A DNA stretch of 64,000 bases. Source: a bacterium. Lineage in GTDB: Bacteria > B130-G9. Shown here piece after piece: positions 8,870 to 17,033 of this stretch. Position numbers and translations under genes: made by a program. The stretch covers positions 321-64,320 of the forward strand of contig DATLAJ010000108.1 of assembly GCA_035527515.1 (NCBI GenBank), given 5' to 3'. Under the pieces are notes generated by a model. That model did not search any database, had not been told where the DNA came from, and saw only the letters and a list, made by a program, of their open reading frames with translations. Every line of letters begins with the position of its first letter. Within the stretch, counting starts at the first letter, position 1.

Positions 8870-9584
8870 CTCTCTCCTCTGAGTCTTTCAGCAAGCCCTG
8901 CACATCCCCTATATCTATCAGCATTGTTACCCTGCGATTGAACTTCTGCTTGTCGCCATCTTCGCTGGTGAGCGGATTGAATTGCCCATAGCCGTAGCTG
9001 GACAATTTGCCCGGGTCGATGCCGAAGTCTATCAAGAACCTCGTAACCGACAAGGCCCTTTCAATGGAGAGCTCCCAGCCCGAAGCGAACTGCGATGCCT
9101 TGATGTCCGACTCATCGCAGTGGCCCTCAACAATTGCACGGCTCTGAGACTCCTCGAGAAGGTCAGCCACCTTGGTCAAGAACTCTCTGCTGCCCTTGTT
9201 CAACTTCGCGGACCCGAGATCGAACAGCACTCGTTCAGCCGTGTCAATTCGTATGCCCTTAGAACTGTACTGCACACGGACCCCCTTGCGCGCCTGGCAG
9301 AATCTTGTGAACGCGCGAACCTTTTGCGCCCTCGATCTCGTCCTTGGGGTCTTCGACACATCCTTGGGGCTGCGAATTGAGGAAGCCCCGCCGCTCATGG
9401 GAAACAGCCCCAGCGAGCCGGAAACCCCAAATGTCCCTTGCAGCGATCCGATCGCCTTCTTGGACCTCTTCGTGTCAAATGACGAATATGCCACGAGCAG
9501 AATGAAGAAGGCGCACATTAGGATCATCAACGAGGTGAAAAGCGGCACCCAACCGGGAAGCTCTTGCGATTCCTCTTCGGCCAT
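8844..9584 (-). CDS. MotB-like stator paralog lacking the conserved TM aspartate
   Basis: 'GWVPLFTSLMILMCAFFILLVAYS' is a MotB-type TM segment with Ser where Asp is expected. The C-terminal 'AIVEGHCDESD...SGWELSIERALSVTRFLI...KFNRRVTMLI' is an OmpA-like domain. It overlaps the next motB by 26 nt. Confidence 0.75.
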   Translation of the reverse strand: MAEEESQELPGWVPLFTSLMILMCAFFILLVAYSSFDTKRSKKAIGSLQGTFGVSGSLGLFPMSGGASSIRSPKDVSKTPRTRSRAQKVRAFTRFCQARKGVRVQYSSKGIRIDTAERVLFDLGSAKLNKGSREFLTKVADLLEESQSRAIVEGHCDESDIKASQFASGWELSIERALSVTRFLIDFGIDPGKLSSYGYGQFNPLTSEDGDKQKFNRRVTMLIDIGDVQGLLKDSEERDGEEETGG

Positions 9585-9683
9585 CTTGGCTCCTATGCCT
9601 TTAGGGCATGACCCCTCTCAGTTCGATTGCGCCCAGCATCATGTCCGCCCGATGCAGAGCCTTATTTTCTCCCGTGCGTCAGC

Positions 9684-10481
9684 CTACTCGAAAGAGGTCT
9701 CGCGCTCTTTCGGCGGCAGGAACGTATTCAGCTTCTGCTCCACCAGCCGCGGATTGTCGCCGCTTTGGATCGACATGATGCCGGAGACTATCATCTCCTT
9801 CCGCAGCCTTTCCTCTTGAGACCTCTTCTTGAGCTTGCTGCTCAGAGGCACGAAGACCAGGTTCGCAAACAAGGCCCCGTAAAAGGTCGTTATCAACGCA
9901 ACCGCCATTGCCGGGCCGATGCTGCTCGGGTCATCCATTGACTGCAACATGAGAATAAGCCCGATCAGAGTGCCAACCATGCCGAACGCAGGCGCATAGC
10001 CGCCCATCGCCTCAAGTATCGAGGCACCGAGCTTGTGGCGGTCGGACAAGTAGTCCATCTCCGTCTCGAGTATCTCCTTTACGAGTTCCGCTTGAGTTCC
10101 GTCAACCGCTAGACCTATCCCCTTCTTCAAGTATTCGTCGTTTATCTCTTTTGATGCGCCCTCCAGCGAGAGCATTCCATCCCTTCTCGCCTTCTGTGAG
10201 AACGAGACCAGCTCCTTAACAAGGTCGTTGGGGGGCTTAACCCGAACGAAAAGGGCCTGCTGGACAACTCCTGTCAGACTCATCATATCCTTCAGTGGAA
10301 AACTGATAAACGCCGCACCCACCGTGCCACCGGCCACGATCAAGAAAGATGGTATATCGACAAAAGCTGTGATTGAGCCGCCAATCCCGAACAGGATGAG
10401 GCCGGCGCCAACCAATAGCCCCAAAATAGTCGCTATGTCCATAACCCCTGTCTGTTCCTGCCTTTCAGACTTACTTGACAT
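9684..10481 (-). CDS. motA: Flagellar stator protein MotA (MotA/TolQ/ExbB channel family)
   Basis: 265 aa with four TM segments. 'APAFGMVGTLIGLILMLQSMDDPSSIGPAMAVALITTFYGALFANLVFVPL' is the MotA signature. It is followed by the motB paralogs. Confidence 0.85.
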   Translation of the reverse strand: MSSKSERQEQTGVMDIATILGLLVGAGLILFGIGGSITAFVDIPSFLIVAGGTVGAAFISFPLKDMMSLTGVVQQALFVRVKPPNDLVKELVSFSQKARRDGMLSLEGASKEINDEYLKKGIGLAVDGTQAELVKEILETEMDYLSDRHKLGASILEAMGGYAPAFGMVGTLIGLILMLQSMDDPSSIGPAMAVALITTFYGALFANLVFVPLSSKLKKRSQEERLRKEMIVSGIMSIQSGDNPRLVEQKLNTFLPPKERETSFE

Positions 10482-10520
10482 CCAAGCACATAAAAAGGAA
10501 CTTTCAACATGCGCTCCTAT

Positions 10521-10547
10521 ATATCGTAACGGGTTGAGGTTTTCTTA
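10521..10547 (-). promoter_or_regulatory. Sigma-28 (FliA)-like promoter upstream of motA
   Basis: The minus strand reads TAAG-N15-TACGATAT, compared with the consensus TAAA-N15-GCCGATA(A/T). The -10 element ends 40 nt upstream of the motA start codon. Confidence 0.4.
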
Positions 10548-10650
10548 ACCGCACACGTTCGCAACCGACTGAACGCCTCAGCTGTTATTTAAGCGGGGAG
10601 CCAGGTTCGGACTGCTTGATATAGTCATATTGTTTGTAGATGGAGATAAG

Positions 10651-11070
10651 ATGTCTGTTGTCCTGAAAGAGTTTCAGGTCTCCACTAAGGGGTTCACGGA
10701 CGTCATAGATATCACCGACCATGTCAGAAGGGCTGTCTCTGAGGACAACATGCAAGATGGGATTGTAACGGTCTCAGTCGCTGGCTCTACCGCGGCTGTG
10801 AGCACTATCGAATTCGAGTCGGGCGCCGTTCAAGACCTCAGGGACGCGATTGAACGCATGGCGCCTTCTGATATACCATACGAGCACGATTTGAGATGGC
10901 ATGATGGCAACGGCTTTGCACACGTCAGGGCGGCCATGATCGGCAGCTCGCTCTCGGTGCCGCTTCACTCCGGCGGCCTTGTCCTGGGCACCTGGCAGCA
11001 GATAGTTCTTCTGGATTTCGACAACAGGCCACGCAGCCGGAGAGTCTTCGTTCAGATCACGGGCGAGTGA
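10651..11070 (+). CDS. yjbQ: YjbQ/UPF0047 family protein (secondary thiamine-phosphate synthase-like)
   Basis: 'GIVTVSVAGSTAAVSTIEFESG...HDGNGFAHVRAAMIGSSLSVPLHSGGLVLGTWQQIVLLDFDNRPRSRRV' matches the YjbQ family. The ATG at 10651 is preceded by GGAG. Confidence 0.85.
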   Translation: MSVVLKEFQVSTKGFTDVIDITDHVRRAVSEDNMQDGIVTVSVAGSTAAVSTIEFESGAVQDLRDAIERMAPSDIPYEHDLRWHDGNGFAHVRAAMIGSSLSVPLHSGGLVLGTWQQIVLLDFDNRPRSRRVFVQITGE

Positions 11071-11116
11071 GCTCCCGTCGCCGCTGCCATGCCCGCAACT
11101 CCGCTAGAAAGATAGG

Positions 11117-11142
11117 AAACTGCCTCATGGCGGAGGCAGTTT
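11117..11142 (+). terminator. Stem-loop downstream of yjbQ (possible intrinsic terminator)
   Basis: Perfect 10-bp stem, AAACTGCCTC-ATGGCG-GAGGCAGTTT, 47 nt after the stop codon. The only U-run is the TTT inside the stem, so termination strength is uncertain. Confidence 0.4.
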
Positions 11143-11257
11143 GCGGCGCGGCTTGTTCCTACGTCGGTTGTTTAATATCTTGAAATCTGTTTATGTTCAA
11201 TAAGTGCCAATACGATGCCTAATCGGGTTGGCTGCTTCAGAGGTGTAACTCAGAATA

Positions 11258-12127
11258 ATGGGCGACAAGAACGGGCTCAAGCGTAAGGAAGGGCCTCCCG
11301 AGGACATCCTCGGCACATACCTTGATGAGATCTCGAGAACACCCCTTCTCACAAGGGAAGAGGAGATCGAACTGGGCCGACGCGCAAGAAAGGGAGACAA
11401 GAGCGCCATCGAGCAGCTGGTCGAGGCAAACCTGCGCTTTGTGGTCTCAATAGCCAAGAAATACGCCAGTAGCCGAGTCCCGCTGCCTGACTTGATCAAC
11501 GAGGGCAACATAGGCCTCATCGAGGCGGCCAAGAGGTTCGATCCCAACAAGGCTAATCGCTTCGTCACCTATGCCAAATGGTGGATCCAGCAGGCCATCA
11601 GGTCAGCGCTGGCGGCGCAGGCCGGCGTCGTGCGCTTGCCCGTCAAGCAAACGATCAGACTGCGGGCGATTAAGAGGGCCTACGAATGCCTGCGGGACAA
11701 GCTGGATAGAGCTCCCGATGCACGCGAGGTGGCCGAATATGTTGGACTTTCTGAGGCGGAGGTCGAGACCCTTATGAGAGCGGCGGCTGACGCTATTTCC
11801 ATCGAATCATCAAAGGAGCAAGGGACGGACATCCTCGAGGCGAATCTCGACGACGCCGAGACATACGGTGAGAGCGAGATTGAGCGGGCGCTAATACTCC
11901 AAAGCTACACGGACCGACTTCGAGAGCTCATTGAGCAGCTGAACGAACAAGAGAAGAAGGTAATCACGCTCAGGTTCGGCCTCAAGGACGGCGTCAAGAG
12001 AAGCCTCGAGAGCATCGGCCAGGAGATGGGACTGAGTCGAGAACGGATCAGGCAGATCGAGGCAGCGGCCCTGCGCAACATGCGGTTCTACGCGAAGGAA
12101 AGGCACCTCGCAGTCGTCCTCAACTGA
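11258..12127 (+). CDS. Sigma-70 family RNA polymerase sigma factor (RpoD/RpoS-like, regions 1.2-4)
   Basis: 'YLDEISRTPLLTREEEIELGRR', 'LVEANLRFVVSIAKKY', 'DLINEGNIGLIEAAKRFDPNKANRFVTYAKWWIQQAIRSAL' and C-terminal 'ESIGQEMGLSRERIRQIEAAALRNMR' are regions 1.2, 2, 3 and 4.2. Confidence 0.85.
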   Translation: MGDKNGLKRKEGPPEDILGTYLDEISRTPLLTREEEIELGRRARKGDKSAIEQLVEANLRFVVSIAKKYASSRVPLPDLINEGNIGLIEAAKRFDPNKANRFVTYAKWWIQQAIRSALAAQAGVVRLPVKQTIRLRAIKRAYECLRDKLDRAPDAREVAEYVGLSEAEVETLMRAAADAISIESSKEQGTDILEANLDDAETYGESEIERALILQSYTDRLRELIEQLNEQEKKVITLRFGLKDGVKRSLESIGQEMGLSRERIRQIEAAALRNMRFYAKERHLAVVLN

Positions 12128-12205
12128 GCCTTCAACTGCATCCTGCGTCAATGCGTAATCAGAGAGCCGCCTGACCACGCCACCAGTGTGATATACTCCT
12201 CAACC

Positions 12206-13255
12206 ATGAAACGAATATGCGTGGTAACTTCTACTGTGCCTTTCGTCAGGGGCGGCAATGAGCTGCTCGCAGAGACATTGGTTCGAGAGCTTGTGCGATT
12301 CGGCCACCAGGCGCAGCTTTTGACCGTCCCGCAGAATCGGTTTGGGCGTCAGTTTTCCGCATATCTTGCTGCCTATCTGACTGATGTGCGCTTCGAGGGA
12401 TGCCCAGAGCGCGTGGACCAGGTGATCTCGCTGAAGTTCCCCAGCTTCGCGATTCGCCACCCTGTCCACGTCTGCTGGTTCAATCATCGGATGCGCGAAT
12501 ACTATGATCTGTGGGAGAAGTTCTCGGCCAGCTTAGTCTCCCAAAAGCAATTTCTTAAGGAGAGAATGCGCCGGGGACTACTACATAAGATCGACACCTT
12601 CCTGCTCAAGAAAAACGTCACGAAGCTCTACGCTCAGTCCAAGAATATCCAGCAAAGGCTCCTGCAATTCGGGAACATCCCATCAGAGGTCCTCTATCCG
12701 CCCGCATCGGACTTGCTCCGGTGCAGCAAGCACACGTTCGGCACATTTATACTCTCGCCAGCCAGGCTTGTTGAACTCAAGCGGCACGACCTACTCATAC
12801 GTGCTCTTGCCGACTTGAAAAAGCCGGGCGTTGACGCCATTATCGCTGGACAAGGGCCGCAAGAAAATGAACTCAAGCGATTGGCGGAGCAGATGGGACT
12901 TGGCAGCAGGGTCAAGTTTGTGGGCGAGATGAGCTATGACGATCTCAGCCGTTATTACTCCGAATGCCGCGCAGTTTTCTACGGCCCGTTCAACGAGGAT
13001 TATGGGCTCGTGACGCTGGAGGCAGGCAAATGCCATAAGCCCGTGATAACCTGCACGGATAGCGGTGGCCCGAAAGAGCTAGTAAGGGATGGCGAGACCG
13101 GTTTTGTCTGCCAGCCCAACGGACACGCGATCGCGGACGCAATAGACAGGCTCGCGTCGGACCTGAGCCTGGCGCGATCGCTCGGCGAGAGGGCATACGA
13201 GGCGTCATTGGAGCACAGTTGGGAGAACACGATCGAACAACTGGTTATAGTATAG
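12206..13255 (+). CDS. Glycosyltransferase, GT4 (group 1) family
   Basis: 'MKRICVVTS...' N-terminus and the C-terminal GT-B motif 'EDYGLVTLEAGKCHKPVITCTDSGGPKELVRDGETGFV'. Confidence 0.8.
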   Translation: MKRICVVTSTVPFVRGGNELLAETLVRELVRFGHQAQLLTVPQNRFGRQFSAYLAAYLTDVRFEGCPERVDQVISLKFPSFAIRHPVHVCWFNHRMREYYDLWEKFSASLVSQKQFLKERMRRGLLHKIDTFLLKKNVTKLYAQSKNIQQRLLQFGNIPSEVLYPPASDLLRCSKHTFGTFILSPARLVELKRHDLLIRALADLKKPGVDAIIAGQGPQENELKRLAEQMGLGSRVKFVGEMSYDDLSRYYSECRAVFYGPFNEDYGLVTLEAGKCHKPVITCTDSGGPKELVRDGETGFVCQPNGHAIADAIDRLASDLSLARSLGERAYEASLEHSWENTIEQLVIV

Positions 13256-13349
13256 ATGCGTGCTGCCGCGAAATTGATTTCGGTAGGTAGCCAGAACATG
13301 GTGTTCTGTGCATTCAATGAGGCCGATACTGATATATGTCTGACCTTGA

Positions 13350-14189
13350 ATGGCTATGAACGATGGGAGTAAGCCGAGGTCCATGCTGAAACCCACACGC
13401 GCCGTCCTGGCGGCTCTTATCATCACGAGCATTCTCGGCCTATGGTGCAATACCGGTGTCGCATTCGCTCAGGCGCCCGTTGCTCCACCCAAGGCGCCGG
13501 CCCCTCCTGCAGCGCCCGCTCCGTCCGTAACCCTGACGCTCGGCGATACCAGCTCGCCGGACACCATCGCGCTCACGCTAAAGCTTATGCTACTGCTGAC
13601 CGTGCTGACCCTCGCTCCGGCGATACTCGTGCTGCTGACCAGTTTCACCAGAATAATCATCGTCTTCCACTTCCTGCGGCAGGCTATCGGGACTCAATCG
13701 ACCCCTCCGAACACGATCCTCGTCGGGCTCGCCCTCTTCCTGACCTACTTCATCATGAGTCCCGTCATCAATCAGGTCTATTCCGACGCATTCCTGCCCC
13801 TTATGAACAATGACATAGGCTACCAGGAGGCTTTCAACGCTGGTATGTCGCCGATCAGGCAATTCATGCTCAAGCAGACAAAGGAAAAAGACATCGCGCT
13901 GTTCGTGCACTTGGCGAAGGAGAAACGGCCAGCCAAGCCGGATGATGTCTCCAACAAGGTTCTCGTGCCAGCCTTCGTGCTGAGTGAATTGAAGACCGCA
14001 TTTCAAATAGGGTTTCTTATCTTTGTGCCATTTCTCATTATCGACATGGTCGTCGCAGCCGTCCTGCTCTCAATGGGGATGATGATGCTGCCGCCTGTCA
14101 TGGTCTCCCTGCCCTTCAAAATACTGCTATTCGTGATGGTTGACGGCTGGTATCTCATCGTCGGCTCGCTCGCCCGGTCATTCCACTGA
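13350..14189 (+). CDS. fliP: Flagellar type III export apparatus protein FliP
   Basis: 'LTSFTRIIIVFHFLRQAIGTQSTPPNTILVGLALFLTYFIMSPV' and 'FLIFVPFLIIDMVVAAVLLSMGMMMLPPVMVSLPFKILLFVMVDGW' are hallmark FliP/SctR motifs. The N-terminal signal region is long and Pro/Ala-rich. Confidence 0.9.
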   Translation: MAMNDGSKPRSMLKPTRAVLAALIITSILGLWCNTGVAFAQAPVAPPKAPAPPAAPAPSVTLTLGDTSSPDTIALTLKLMLLLTVLTLAPAILVLLTSFTRIIIVFHFLRQAIGTQSTPPNTILVGLALFLTYFIMSPVINQVYSDAFLPLMNNDIGYQEAFNAGMSPIRQFMLKQTKEKDIALFVHLAKEKRPAKPDDVSNKVLVPAFVLSELKTAFQIGFLIFVPFLIIDMVVAAVLLSMGMMMLPPVMVSLPFKILLFVMVDGWYLIVGSLARSFH

Positions 14190-15917
14190 CGGCCTTTCTT
14201 TGGCCTGCTCGACAAGCCAATCATAGAGACCCCGACACGACGCCGAATTCGGCGACTGTCTGATCGCCCTGCCTGCCTCGTCAATGACGAGCTTCCGCGT
14301 CCGTGCATCGCCCAGGTAGCCAGCGAGATAGGCCGGATTGGCGACCGTAGGATCGATGAACCTATACTCGAACTGCCTGCGCACGGCTCGGAACTTATCG
14401 CTGCCATCAACGTAAACTGCGCAGATGTCATCCCAAAAGACGAGATGCCAGCCGTTATGACGCTTCCACCAGTCCAACAACCTCTCTGCTTTCGCCAAAC
14501 GCGGCGGCCTGGCGGCCGATCTGACCGACCGGGCTGAAAACTGCCGGCGCCTCGAATCGAACTTATAGTCCAAGACGGCGTAGTCTATCTGGTATTCGTC
14601 TGCTATCTGTTCGAATGGCTCTTTGGCGAACTTCTCCCACAGCGCTTTGTGCACCATGTTTCTACCGTCGATGAAGACCTTCCGGCCCGGATAGGTCCTG
14701 AAAATGATGTAGCCTCCGAACCTGTGCGAGTTATAGATATTGCCGTATATGTTGTGCTTGACAATGAAGTTGACGCCGCCAACCGGATATGCGCTGAGAT
14801 TGACTCCAACGCCCGGCACAAAAGCGGAGGGCTTGGCGAATATCACCACCATGCAAATCGCGGCAGCCCCTACCGCCGCAACTTGGAGGAGAAGGCGTGC
14901 CCGAGGTCGCGGCCGGACGTCCCGAGAGAACACCGACCATTGCGAGACTATGTGGCCGACGGCGGGAGTTACGATCAAAAAAAAGATGGGAACGTAGCGC
15001 CTCGCCATGATCGCCAGGAAGGATGCGAGCAGCAGGGTAACAGCGTCTCGTAAGCGCCATCTCCCGAAGCCCGCGAGAAAAACCGCCCAGACCAAGGCGA
15101 AGAGCGCCCAGAAGAGCTTGAAGCGAACGCCGGGCGGGGTCCACTCCATGACCGATACACCGCCCCCGGCCCCGTGCTCGGCAATGGCAGCTCTTGCGAA
15201 ATCGAGGATGCGCAGCCCGTAAGGGTTGATGAAGAGAGCGCCGGTTGAGGCGAGTGCGGCGAGAGCGAGCGTCCGCCTGCCGCCGTGGTTGGCTTTTGGC
15301 TTTGGTTGTTGGCCAAACTTGGTGGACACGAGGTCTGAGCCGAGCATCAACCAGAGGTAGGCCGGGCCGATGATGGCGCCCGCCTGCATGTTGGCCCAAA
15401 CGAGCGTCACCGGGGGCAGCAAGAGCAGCCATTTTGGCCTTCCGGTGTAGAAGAGCTCGAGCACAAGTAGGACAGCAGCGACGCCGATAAGATTAACTAT
15501 GTGAGGTCTCGCAAGGAACCTGAAGCGCGAGGCGCACGCGCCCAGGGCCACGAATGTGGCCGTTACGATCATGGCGCCGGAGCTGAGTCTCGTGCGAATG
15601 GCAGCGGCGAGCAGGACAAGCGTGAAGGCGGCGGCGACAATAATCGCCTTCAGGACGACTAGCAGGCCGAGTCCGAGATGGCGCCTAACGAGTTCGGCGA
15701 CCAGACAGAACAGCCACTCGTGCATCACCCACGGCTTTGCGAACGACGTGTAGGAGAACGGGTCGGACTTGGGCACTGCGCCCGTTTTGAGTATTAGATC
15801 GCCCGTCTTGAGAAGGAGCCAGATGTCGTAGTTTACGATGCGGAAGAGTCCCAGCGAGAACACAGCCACAAAAACAAGTGCGATCACCCAGGACTGCCGT
15901 CCTGCGCGGGCATTCAC
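14178..15917 (-). CDS. Large polytopic membrane protein, possibly a GT-C-type glycosyltransferase
   Basis: 579 aa with 10 or more TM helices, then a soluble C-terminal region ('GGYIIFRTYPGRKVFIDGRN'). The GTG start forms a GTGA overlap with the upstream gene's stop. The functional assignment is only by architectural analogy. Confidence 0.55.
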   Translation of the reverse strand: MNARAGRQSWVIALVFVAVFSLGLFRIVNYDIWLLLKTGDLILKTGAVPKSDPFSYTSFAKPWVMHEWLFCLVAELVRRHLGLGLLVVLKAIIVAAAFTLVLLAAAIRTRLSSGAMIVTATFVALGACASRFRFLARPHIVNLIGVAAVLLVLELFYTGRPKWLLLLPPVTLVWANMQAGAIIGPAYLWLMLGSDLVSTKFGQQPKPKANHGGRRTLALAALASTGALFINPYGLRILDFARAAIAEHGAGGGVSVMEWTPPGVRFKLFWALFALVWAVFLAGFGRWRLRDAVTLLLASFLAIMARRYVPIFFLIVTPAVGHIVSQWSVFSRDVRPRPRARLLLQVAAVGAAAICMVVIFAKPSAFVPGVGVNLSAYPVGGVNFIVKHNIYGNIYNSHRFGGYIIFRTYPGRKVFIDGRNMVHKALWEKFAKEPFEQIADEYQIDYAVLDYKFDSRRRQFSARSVRSAARPPRLAKAERLLDWWKRHNGWHLVFWDDICAVYVDGSDKFRAVRRQFEYRFIDPTVANPAYLAGYLGDARTRKLVIDEAGRAIRQSPNSASCRGLYDWLVEQAKERPSVE

Positions 15918-16912
15918 GGTTGCCCCCTCGAGAGCCTCAACTGCTCAATGAAGGCCTCAATCCGGAGCCGATTAGGCGCAGAAAGCGGCCCCGGGTAGTT
16001 GCCCTCGATCGAGAGAACCGGCACTAGCAGCTTTCTTCTCAGGATCAGGTCCTCGATCTGGCGAAAACAGAACGCCTGCGCGTAGTGGATGATCCCGTCC
16101 AGCCGCCTTACACGTATCTGCTCATCGATGTCGGCAATGCGGCCAAAGACGTCGTAGGGGTAGGTGTAACGAGAGTACTGCTCAACTATGCCCTCCACCT
16201 CTTGCAGCATCGCAAACTGCCGCTGCACCTCGTTGAACACAACGTTCGCTCCATTCCTCTGGACGAAATCATAGATATCAACGTTGATCGGAGGCACACC
16301 CACAAAACCAAGCCTAAGCGCTGACTCGAAGCCGTCCGGCGTCTCGCTACGTGACGCATCCCGCAAGAGACCGTCAAGATAAGCCTCGAACGCGACGGGA
16401 TCGCCCTGCATGTCGCTCGAGGAGACAAGTGCGATATGGTTCTTGAGCCCAGAGAACTTCCCCTCTCGCCACGTCAGCTCGTCGATGAGTCGCAGCTTCT
16501 CGCGAACGGAGGACAGGCGAATGCGCTCCCGCTCGGCCTGCTCCACATCAGTGCCAAGGCGCCGGCAAAAAACGTCTATCTGCTCGGCAAGCAGTCTTCT
16601 GTCGCGACCGTAGGGATATGAGAATGGTATGACCTTCACGCCGGCGAGCTGGAGCGTCTCCGCGAGCGCTTGTGTGTTGCTGCAATCGCCTTGGGACACG
16701 GCCACTACGGTCTTGATGCCTTCAGACAGAACCGCCCCGTATATACCCTTGACCCAGCCGCACACAGTGACCGGATAGCCGTCCTTCTCAGCCCGCTCTA
16801 TGAACTTATTGCGGTCGGGGTGGCCGATGAACAGGTTGTTCAGATCGACCGGAGTGTGGCCAGCGGCAAAGATCGCCTCGACGGGCACAGTCGTTGTTAT
16901 GCCGATCATCAC
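15914..16912 (-). CDS. 2-hydroxyacyl-CoA dehydratase (HgdB/BcrB-like) family protein
   Basis: 332 aa. 'MIGITTTVPVEAIFAAGHTPVDLNN...VTVCGWVKG...SQGDCSNT' resembles the D-component dehydratase/reductase family. Assigned from memory of the family pattern. Confidence 0.5.
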   Translation of the reverse strand: MMIGITTTVPVEAIFAAGHTPVDLNNLFIGHPDRNKFIERAEKDGYPVTVCGWVKGIYGAVLSEGIKTVVAVSQGDCSNTQALAETLQLAGVKVIPFSYPYGRDRRLLAEQIDVFCRRLGTDVEQAERERIRLSSVREKLRLIDELTWREGKFSGLKNHIALVSSSDMQGDPVAFEAYLDGLLRDASRSETPDGFESALRLGFVGVPPINVDIYDFVQRNGANVVFNEVQRQFAMLQEVEGIVEQYSRYTYPYDVFGRIADIDEQIRVRRLDGIIHYAQAFCFRQIEDLILRRKLLVPVLSIEGNYPGPLSAPNRLRIEAFIEQLRLSRGQP

Positions 16913-17033
16913 GTAACTAACCCATCCTCAGTCGGAAACAATGCACCTCGGGCGACAGACCTGGGCCAAAAGAATAGGAGCGTGCATAGTAATTCCGCGT
17001 TTTAGGCTCCAGATCAACCGTATGCGGCCACTG

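Noticed and set aside
8099-10481. The motA-motB-motB cluster as a Zorya-type (ZorAB) anti-phage system.
   Set aside because: MotA here is a standard 265-aa stator subunit without the long ZorA tail. No ZorC/D/E-like genes are present. The cluster is contiguous with fliL-fliN-fliO and carries a sigma-28-like promoter.
11535-11545. A T-loop-like 'GGTTCGATCCC' string that could flag a tRNA.
   Set aside because: It lies in-frame inside the sigma-factor CDS ('KRFDPN'), and no acceptor or anticodon arms can be built around it. I found no convincing tRNA anywhere in the intergenic regions.
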